Below, piece by piece: positions 17,827-24,411 of a stretch of DNA of 53,151 bases; the stretch's first letter is position 1, and the number at the start of each line of letters is the position of its first letter. This DNA is from Actinomycetota bacterium (GTDB lineage: Bacteria; Actinomycetota; UBA4738; HRBIN12). The DNA is taken from the NCBI GenBank assembly GCA_005885325.1, contig VAYX01000015.1, positions 1 to 53,151 on the forward strand, given 5' to 3'. The notes beneath the pieces are model-generated. The model worked only from the letters and a program-made list of their open reading frames with translations, was not told the DNA's origin and made no database searches. The position numbers and the translations under genes were made by a program.

Positions 17827-18732
17827 CTACCGTCCCTCGTACACGTCGATGAACCGCCGGTAGTTCGCGGAGATACGGGCCGCCGCATCCTCCCGGGGGG
17901 CCGTGCCGTCCACGAACTCCTTCAGCGGGTTCCACCAGATGGTCCGGCCGATGGCGAAGCCGATGTACCCGGGGACGCCGGCGCCCTGTCGGAGCCAGTG
18001 GTCCACCGCGGCCTCGTCGGCCCCCCGGCCCAGGACGACGCAGGCCACCTTGTCCCGGCCGCCCACCCGGGTCTGCGTTGCGATGGCCTCGCAGTCCTCC
18101 CGCCGGTCCAGCCCCTCGATCTTCCAGACGTCCGGCTCCACCCCCGACTGCTGGAGCTCGGCGATGGCCGCCCGCATCAGGTCCGGCCGGATCTCCTTGT
18201 CGAATCGGTCGGCGTCGCCACCGACCGATCCGAGCTGCCCCTCCGTCGCCGGGACCAGGAGCTCGAAGAGGAACTTCCGGCCCCGCTCGTGCAGCCAGTC
18301 GGACAGCTCCCGCAGCCGCTTCGCCTGGCGCTCGTTCATCGCCCCGTCGGCGGCCGGGTTGTAGCGGACCAGGACCTTGGTGAAGGTGGGGTCGAACTCC
18401 TCGATGTGCTTGCCGTATTCGTCGCCGTACTCGAAGTCGAACTCGTCCTGTCCCGACTTCTCGACGGGCATGGCCAGGATCAGTCCGTCCGCCTTGGCCT
18501 GGCGGGCGATGGCGGCGCCGAACTGCTCGTCCACGAGCAGTCCGGCGCTCGTCCGGTCCGCGCCCTCGTCAACGGCGCGAAGGAATCCCTCGAAGATGAC
18601 GTGCTTGGCATCGGAGATCCGCTCGACGTCCTTCGCCGTGGGCTCTCCCGTGACCCCGAAGAACTTCTTCTGGAACGAGCCGCGGTGGTCGAACGCCAGG
18701 ATGTACAGGGGTCCGTCGTATCCGAGCTCCAT
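17827..18732 (-). CDS. class-I aldolase-like protein (DUF2090 / 5-dehydro-2-deoxyphosphogluconate aldolase-domain family)
   Basis: LYILAFDHRGSF..LLVDEQ..KVLVRYNP..FLFELLVP..WKIEG is the pattern I recall for the IolC C-terminal/DUF2090 aldolase-like domain. No iol genes are nearby. Confidence 0.55.
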   Translation of the reverse strand: MELGYDGPLYILAFDHRGSFQKKFFGVTGEPTAKDVERISDAKHVIFEGFLRAVDEGADRTSAGLLVDEQFGAAIARQAKADGLILAMPVEKSGQDEFDFEYGDEYGKHIEEFDPTFTKVLVRYNPAADGAMNERQAKRLRELSDWLHERGRKFLFELLVPATEGQLGSVGGDADRFDKEIRPDLMRAAIAELQQSGVEPDVWKIEGLDRREDCEAIATQTRVGGRDKVACVVLGRGADEAAVDHWLRQGAGVPGYIGFAIGRTIWWNPLKEFVDGTAPREDAAARISANYRRFIDVYEGR

Positions 18733-18750
18733 CGCGATCCTCTCCTTCCG

Positions 18751-19395
18751 TCAGTCCCGCTCGAACGGGTTCACCGGCCTCATCACTTCGACGGTCACCG
18801 GCTCCGCCTCCCGCCTGAAGGTTTCGGCGTCCTTCGGCGAACCGACGACGAACCCGTAGTGCATGGGCACCGCGATCTGCGGCGAGATCGACCTGGCCAG
18901 CCCGGCCGCCTCGCCCGGGTCCATCGTGTAGGTTCCTCCGATCGGCAGGAATGCTACATCCGTCCTCACGTCGTCGAGCTCGGGCGCGTGGTCCGTGTCG
19001 CCGGCGTGGTAGTACGTCTTCCCCTCGAGCTCCAGGATGTAGCCGACCCACCGGTTGGCCTTGGGATGTTTGTCGAGTCGATCGGGATGCACGTTGTAGG
19101 CCGGCACCGCCTCCACCTTGATCCCGGAGACCTCGATCGCGTCGCCGGGCGCGACCGCCGTGACGTCCCCCGACAGCTCCCTGGCCACGTCGTGCGGAGC
19201 GACCAGCTTGGTCGTCGACCTGCTGAGCCGCTCGATCTCCTGCGGCTGGAAGTGATCGGTGTGGGCATGCGTGATGAAGATGACGTCGGCCGGCGGGTCC
19301 TGGCTGACGGTCCCCCATGGATCGATGTAGACCGTGAGCCCGTCGCCGGCGAATCGCATGGCCGACTGTCGGAACCAGGTGAACCGCTCGAGCAT
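18751..19395 (-). CDS. MBL-fold metallo-hydrolase
   Basis: ITHAHTDHF (HxHxDH) and downstream His/Asp ligands (YHAGDTD, VPMHYG). Confidence 0.85.
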   Translation of the reverse strand: MLERFTWFRQSAMRFAGDGLTVYIDPWGTVSQDPPADVIFITHAHTDHFQPQEIERLSRSTTKLVAPHDVARELSGDVTAVAPGDAIEVSGIKVEAVPAYNVHPDRLDKHPKANRWVGYILELEGKTYYHAGDTDHAPELDDVRTDVAFLPIGGTYTMDPGEAAGLARSISPQIAVPMHYGFVVGSPKDAETFRREAEPVTVEVMRPVNPFERD

Positions 19396-19445
19396 GGCTT
19401 CCCCCTTCGGTCGGCAGGCGCTTCCCTGTAGTCTGGCAAATCGCC

Positions 19446-20741
19446 GTGTCAGCGCGCGAACCGGTCGAGGTCCAGGGAGGCCTTCGGGCCAGCCTCTCGC
19501 TGCTTCGCCGAAACCGCGACTTCCGACGGCTCTACCTCGCGTCCCTGATCTCGCTGGGTGGCGACTGGTTCTTGCTCGTTGCCTTGTTCGGGCTGGTCCT
19601 TCACTTCACCGGCTCGGCCATCGCCGTGGCTCTCGTCCTCGCCGTCCAGGACCTCATGTACTTCCTGCTCTCGCCGATCGCGGGGGTGCTGGCGGACCGG
19701 ATCGACCGGCGGCGGTTGATGGTCGCCGCCGACCTGGCCCGGGCGGTCGTGTGCCTAGGGTTCCTGCTGATCCGAACCGACTCGCTCGTGTGGCTCGCGT
19801 TCGTCCTGCTCGCGGTCATGGCCTCGTTCAGCGCCGCCTTCGAGCCCGCGTCCGCAGCCGCGATGCCCAACCTGGTGGAGGAAGAGGACCTGGCCACCGC
19901 CAACGCCTTGTCCGGGTCGCTGTGGGGCACGATGCTCGCGGTCGGCGCCGCACTCGGCGGCGTCGTGGCCGCCGTGTTCGGCAGGGACACCGCGTTCATC
20001 CTGGATGCGGCATCCTTCCTGGCCTCGGCCTGGCTCATCTGGCGGATCCGGCGGGCGTTCGCCGAGGAGCGCGCGGCCGAGGATCACGCCGGCGTCCGGG
20101 AGGCCACGGTGGAGACCGTCCGGTACGCGCGGAAGGATCACCGGGTGCTGGCGCTGCTCGCCGTGAAGTTCGGGTGGGGGATCGCCGGTGGCGTCCTCGT
20201 GCTGATCCCGCTCCTGGCCCATCGCGAGTACCACGCCGGCGACGTCGGCATCGGGCTACTGATGGCCTCCCGCGGGGTCGGTGCGCTGATCGGTCCGTTC
20301 GTCGGGAGGTCGGCGCTCGGGCCGCGGGATCGGCGGATCTTCGGTGCGATCGGCGTCGCGCTCGCCGTCTTCGGCTTGGGCTACACGCTTCTCGGGCTGG
20401 CCCCGGGGTTGCTGCTCGCCATGCCCACGGTGGCCCTCGCGCATCTGGGCGGAGGCGCGCAGTGGACGCTCTCATCGTACGGGCTCCAGCGCATCGTCCC
20501 CGACCGCATCCGAGGACGGATCTTCGCCTTCGACGGGATGCTCGTGACACTCACGTTCGGGCTCTCCAGCCTGCTGACGGGATGGCTGGCCGAGTCCTTC
20601 GGCCCGCGGGTCACCGCGGTCGGCATGGGCGCCGTGGCGATCGGCTGGGCCGCCGTGTGGTCGCTGCTCACGACCGACGTCCGCCGGGCGACCATGCTCG
20701 AGGGCTGCGGGACGGCGCCCGCCGAGATGGAAGCGGCCTAG
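19446..20741 (+). CDS. MFS transporter (EntS/DUF894-like, 12 TM)
   Basis: NRDFRRLYLASLISLGGDWF, GVLADRIDRRR loop, repeated hydrophobic segments. GTG start. Confidence 0.85.
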   Translation: MSAREPVEVQGGLRASLSLLRRNRDFRRLYLASLISLGGDWFLLVALFGLVLHFTGSAIAVALVLAVQDLMYFLLSPIAGVLADRIDRRRLMVAADLARAVVCLGFLLIRTDSLVWLAFVLLAVMASFSAAFEPASAAAMPNLVEEEDLATANALSGSLWGTMLAVGAALGGVVAAVFGRDTAFILDAASFLASAWLIWRIRRAFAEERAAEDHAGVREATVETVRYARKDHRVLALLAVKFGWGIAGGVLVLIPLLAHREYHAGDVGIGLLMASRGVGALIGPFVGRSALGPRDRRIFGAIGVALAVFGLGYTLLGLAPGLLLAMPTVALAHLGGGAQWTLSSYGLQRIVPDRIRGRIFAFDGMLVTLTFGLSSLLTGWLAESFGPRVTAVGMGAVAIGWAAVWSLLTTDVRRATMLEGCGTAPAEMEAA

Positions 20742-21427
20742 GGAGCGGACCCTGCCGGAGGCGCTGGTTCGCCGGGTGGAGGCGGTGGCGGCGGCGGCCC
20801 CCCCGTGGGGGGCGGAGAGGCCGACGAGCCTCCCGGAGCCCCGAACGAGACGGACGGGGACCCGGGGGCGAAGCTCACCTGGGGCGGTCCGGCCTCCCGA
20901 AGGGTCTCCTCCACCTCGAAGAACTGCTCCACCTTGAACCCGAAGCTGCGCGCGAGGATGTTCGATGGGAAGGACTGGACCCGCCGGTTGAATTCACGCA
21001 CGTTCGCGTTGTAGAACCGGCGCGCGGTCTGGAGCCGGTCTTCGGTGTTCGACAGCTCGGACTGCAGGGCCAGGAAGTTCTGGTTCGCCTTCAGGTCGGG
21101 GTAGTTCTCGGCCACAGCGAACAGCTGGCGGAGCGCGGCGACGAACGGCCCCTCCGCTGCGGCCTGCTCGGCAGGGGTTCCGGTGGCCGAGACGGCCGCG
21201 GCACGGGCCCGGGTCACCTCCTCGAAGACCCCACGCTCGTGGGCGGCGTAGCCCTTCACCGTCTCGACCAGGTTGGGGATGAGGTCGTATCGGCGGCGGA
21301 GCTCGGTGTCGATATTGGCCCACGAGTCCCGGATGAGCTGGCGTCCGGAGACGAACCGGTTGTAGGAGACGATGCCGAGGATGACGACGAGCGCCACCAC
21401 CCCGACGATGATCCAGAGCCACGCCAC
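20738..21427 (-). CDS. lemA: LemA family membrane protein with Pro-rich C-terminal tail
   Basis: N-terminal TM, then YNRFVSGRQLIRDSWANIDTELRRRYDLIPNLVETVKGYAAHE, which is the LemA signature region. GTG start preceded by GAAGGGA. Tail is ..PPPTGGPPPPPPPPGEPAPP. Confidence 0.88.
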   Translation of the reverse strand: MAWLWIIVGVVALVVILGIVSYNRFVSGRQLIRDSWANIDTELRRRYDLIPNLVETVKGYAAHERGVFEEVTRARAAAVSATGTPAEQAAAEGPFVAALRQLFAVAENYPDLKANQNFLALQSELSNTEDRLQTARRFYNANVREFNRRVQSFPSNILARSFGFKVEQFFEVEETLREAGPPQVSFAPGSPSVSFGAPGGSSASPPPTGGPPPPPPPPGEPAPPAGSAP

Positions 21428-21473
21428 GATGACGTCCCTTCTGCGAGCGATCCCGTGAACGACGGGGTACAGC

Positions 21474-22232
21474 CTACCGGGCGGCTCCGGTCCCGTACAG
21501 TTCGAACACCACGCGGGGGACGTGGTCCACGAACTGCTTTGCGCTCCCCAGGAGCGGAACTAGATCCACCGGCCGCAGCCGGCTGCTGTAGCACAGCACC
21601 CAGGTTCCGCTGACCTCGAACCGGAAGGCGCCATCCACCCCGAGCAGCCACTGCATCATCCGGGGATCGATCAGATCGTTCGCGAACTTCCGATCGGTGC
21701 ACTTCACGTTGAACCGTCGGTTGAAGTCGTCGGATTCGAACTCGATGTCGTGCAGGCCGACGTGGTCGGCCAGCCGGCTGAGCACGCCCTCGCGATCGAG
21801 CGAGAGGCGCGCGCACTGGGCGGCGATCTGCGTGACCGCGCACGAGAACCGGTAGTACGTCCGGCTCCGGTGCCCATTCGAGTCGGTGGACTCCTCGTAG
21901 TACCAGTAATCGAACTCGGTCATCGGGACGCCCTGCCACGCGCCCCAAACGACGTTCTCGGTGCCGCGTCCATCGCCCCTGGCAAGAAGGGTGAACGGGT
22001 AGTTCAGGCAACCAACTTCGTCCTGCGGCGAATACTCCATGTCCAGCTGCCGGGCCATGAGCGCCAGCGCGGCCCGCCGCCTCTGCTTGAAGTAATAGGA
22101 GAGGTAGGCAGCGACGCTGGCGAGGACGACGAATCCAGCGATGAGGAGGAGCCCGTTCACGACCCGGCTATCGGAACACCGGTCGCCGGGATGAAGCAAG
22201 CGACCGGCTAGTCGCGCCCTCCACGCGCCCAT
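21474..22232 (-). CDS. uncharacterised membrane-anchored protein, paralog B (possibly DUF3137-like)
   Basis: One N-terminal TM (LLLIAGFVVLASVAAYL) followed by a roughly 200-aa soluble domain. Clearly homologous to 23471..24364. Start is ambiguous: ATG 22232 gives a 25-nt overlap with the upstream gene; GTG 22160 is the alternative. The ATG 22367 of the track ORF is rejected. Confidence 0.7.
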   Translation of the reverse strand: MGAWRARLAGRLLHPGDRCSDSRVVNGLLLIAGFVVLASVAAYLSYYFKQRRRAALALMARQLDMEYSPQDEVGCLNYPFTLLARGDGRGTENVVWGAWQGVPMTEFDYWYYEESTDSNGHRSRTYYRFSCAVTQIAAQCARLSLDREGVLSRLADHVGLHDIEFESDDFNRRFNVKCTDRKFANDLIDPRMMQWLLGVDGAFRFEVSGTWVLCYSSRLRPVDLVPLLGSAKQFVDHVPRVVFELYGTGAAR

Positions 22233-22399
22233 CCCCGCCCACCGAGCAGGATCGCCGCCCCGAGCACGATCAGGAGAACCGGCAGCACGTACCGGGCGCG
22301 GAGGGTCCAGACATCGAGCCGGTCGAGCAGGAAGGCGATCCCGGCCGCGATGAAGAATAGGCCCCACACGACGGCCCTGCGGTTCCCGCCGTCAGCCAT
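22208..22399 (-). CDS. 63-aa two-TM peptide (LiaI/LiaF-TM-like)
   Basis: Two hydrophobic helices (VVWGLFFIAAGIAFLL, VLPVLLIVLGAAILLGG). The ATG overlaps the upstream LiaF-like stop by 8 nt. Confidence 0.6.
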   Translation of the reverse strand: MADGGNRRAVVWGLFFIAAGIAFLLDRLDVWTLRARYVLPVLLIVLGAAILLGGRGWARGGRD

Positions 22400-23045
22400 G
22401 CTGGACGAGCACCTCCCCGATGCCCACCGACAGGTCGAGCGAGAACACGATGGCCTGACCAGCCGGTGCGATCGGGGTTACGTCCTTGTCGACGCCGAAG
22501 CCCTCATCGCTCTCGCCGAAGATGGTCACCTGGCCCACGCCGGCATGTCCTCGCACCACGGCCAGTTGGTCCGACGGCAGCTCCACGATCAGCTGCCCCA
22601 CGCCGACGCGTGCCCGAACCGTGTGCGCCGTGCCGGTGACAGGCACCGGCACGCTCGTGAGGTCCAGGGTGAGGTGCCCGACGGCCAGCCGGTACTCCGA
22701 CTTCACCCCCGACAACGACGTGGGGCGTTGGGTCCGTTCGCCCACCCCGCCCTCCAGGGGGATGTCTACCGCGGACGCCGTCGCGAGCAGGACCGTGAGG
22801 ACGATCCCGATCGCGATGAGGCCACCCTGGCCGCTCTCGGACCGGCGGCCGGCGATCACCAGTCCCAGCCCCACGGCGATCAACGAGCCGGGCAGTACAG
22901 CCTTCCACGGCACGTCGCTGACGCCTGCGGCCTGGAGGAGCGCAGCCACGCCGATCACCACGACCACCAGGCCCAGCACCAACCGCCCGGCGTGGAATCG
23001 CGACGAGGGCGGCGGCGAAGCCGGCGGTTCGGGGAGCTCGCTCAT
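22392..23045 (-). CDS. LiaF-like cell-wall-active-antibiotic response protein (TM region plus beta-rich DUF2154-like C-terminal domain)
   Basis: About four TM segments, then a repetitive beta-strand region (LAVGHLTLDLT..VRARVGVGQLIVELP..VRGHAGVGQVTIFG..LDLSVGIGEVLV). ATG 23045 overlaps the pspC stop (ATGA). Confidence 0.6.
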   Translation of the reverse strand: MSELPEPPASPPPSSRFHAGRLVLGLVVVVIGVAALLQAAGVSDVPWKAVLPGSLIAVGLGLVIAGRRSESGQGGLIAIGIVLTVLLATASAVDIPLEGGVGERTQRPTSLSGVKSEYRLAVGHLTLDLTSVPVPVTGTAHTVRARVGVGQLIVELPSDQLAVVRGHAGVGQVTIFGESDEGFGVDKDVTPIAPAGQAIVFSLDLSVGIGEVLVQHG

Positions 23046-23437
23046 CGCCGGGAGGACGCCTGGACGATCACGGCCACCCCGACCGCGATCAGTGCCAGCG
23101 GCCACAGGTACTTCCCGATCCTCGGAAGCGACAGGCCGAGCAGCAGGATGACACCGATCGCGATCAGGGCCCCGCCGAACACCAGCCGTGCCATGTCGGC
23201 GCTGGGAGGAGGTGACTCACCGAGGTTCTCCCCCTCCTTCTCCTCGGGGATCAGGATCCACCCCAGGATGTAGAGCAGGATGCCTCCGCCCCCCACGATC
23301 GCCAGCACCACGAACGCGACCCGGATGAGGGCGGGGTCCACGCCCAGGTAGCGTCCGATGCCACCGCACACGCCGGCGATGACGCGATCGCTTCGGCTTC
23401 GTCGAAGGAGCCTCGTGCTGCCCGGTGCGTCGCCCAC
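23042..23437 (-). CDS. PspC-domain membrane protein
   Basis: L-x-R-S-x-x-D-R-V-I-A-GVCGGIGRYLGVDPALIRVAFVVLAI is the PspC domain signature. GTG start at 23437. Confidence 0.88.
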   Translation of the reverse strand: MGDAPGSTRLLRRSRSDRVIAGVCGGIGRYLGVDPALIRVAFVVLAIVGGGGILLYILGWILIPEEKEGENLGESPPPSADMARLVFGGALIAIGVILLLGLSLPRIGKYLWPLALIAVGVAVIVQASSRR

Positions 23438-23470
23438 CGAGCCAACCCTACCGACCCGGCGGCGGGGGCC

Positions 23471-24364
23471 TCAAACGGGCGCTTCTGGAGCCGGCCGTGG
23501 GCCGGAGTGGCCCTCGGACGCACGCGTGCGTTTGGCGGCGGCCTTCCCGGGCGAGGCGGCCTTCCCGGGCGAGGCCCGCTTTGTGGACGATGCGGCCTTC
23601 TTCGATGAGGCAGAGCCTGCCGACCCCTTCGATGCGGTGGGTCGCTTCGACCCGGCGGCCCGTCCTTGCCGAACGGGCTCGACCGCCAGACGCCGCCCGA
23701 GGTTCACCCCAGCCTCGAGAAGCGCGAGCAGGTCCCGACGATCCCACGGCATGTACGTGAGCAGCATCCGGCCGTTCACCTCGAACGCGATGCCGTTCCG
23801 CCGCTCCATCCACTGCTTCGTGTCGTCGTCGAGGAGTCCGGTGGCGAACGTCGGATCCCCGGCCCGCACGTCGAACGCCTCCCCGAACGCCTGGTCGTCG
23901 ACCTCGACGATGGAAAGCCGCCCTCGCTCGGCGAGCGGGGTGAAGAAGATCTTCGGCTCGACCACGACCGGCGGGACGTCTCGCTCGAGTGCCAACAACG
24001 CGCAGGTGAACCGGCGGTCGCCGTCGTCCCCGGATGTGTATCGGAAGTCGAACAGCCTCACGTCCACGGTTTCCCAGCTCCCCCACAACACGTTATCCAC
24101 CCCTCGGCCTTCCGGTCCCCTGCTCAGGAGCTCGAGTGGCAGTCCGGCCAGTCCGAAGAGATCGCCATCGGCGGCCTGCAATCCGAGCGCGCGGCCTTCC
24201 AGGTTCTCCTTCGCGGCCTTCTTGCGCCGGCTGAACCGGTAGGCGCCGTAGCCTCCGGCCGCCAGCGCCCCGACCACGAGGACGCCGGGCGGGACGGCCT
24301 TCAGGGCGAGCGCGAGCACCGTGACGGCGGCGAGCAGCCCGATGACCAGGCCCCATCCCCTCAT
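23471..24364 (-). CDS. uncharacterised membrane-anchored protein, paralog A (possibly DUF3137-like) with Lys/Ala/Ser/Pro-rich basic tail
   Basis: Two N-terminal hydrophobic segments, a soluble domain homologous to 21474..22232, and a C-terminal tail KRPTASKGSAGSASSKKAASSTKRASPGKAASPGKAAAKRTRAS. Confidence 0.75.
   Translation of the reverse strand: MRGWGLVIGLLAAVTVLALALKAVPPGVLVVGALAAGGYGAYRFSRRKKAAKENLEGRALGLQAADGDLFGLAGLPLELLSRGPEGRGVDNVLWGSWETVDVRLFDFRYTSGDDGDRRFTCALLALERDVPPVVVEPKIFFTPLAERGRLSIVEVDDQAFGEAFDVRAGDPTFATGLLDDDTKQWMERRNGIAFEVNGRMLLTYMPWDRRDLLALLEAGVNLGRRLAVEPVRQGRAAGSKRPTASKGSAGSASSKKAASSTKRASPGKAASPGKAAAKRTRASEGHSGPRPAPEAPV
23541..23576. repeat. 18-bp tandem duplication inside the basic tail of paralog A
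   Basis: gccttcccgggcgaggcg followed by gccttcccgggcgaggcc. It encodes ASPGKA-ASPGKA on the minus strand. Confidence 0.9.
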
Positions 24365-24384
24365 GGGGCGAGTATCGGGAGGGC

Positions 24385-24411
24385 GTGCGGCGCGCTTTAC
24401 GTGCGCCGCAC
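24385..24411 (-). terminator. 9-bp GC hairpin spanning the clpB stop codon (possible attenuating terminator or processing site; no U-tract)
   Basis: GTGCGGCGC (24385-24393) pairs perfectly with GCGCCGCAC (24403-24411). The 9-nt loop contains the clpB TAA. Confidence 0.4.

Noticed and set aside
20738-20741. Convergent MFS and lemA genes share a palindromic CTAG that provides both stop codons, with no terminator space.
   Set aside because: This is real in the sequence but is a trivial consequence of tight packing. No functional inference is justified.
19334-21613. 759-aa plus-strand ORF spanning the MFS and lemA genes.
   Set aside because: Arg/Gly/Pro-rich nonsense translation. The MFS frame (19446..20741) and the LemA frame (minus strand) both show clear family features.
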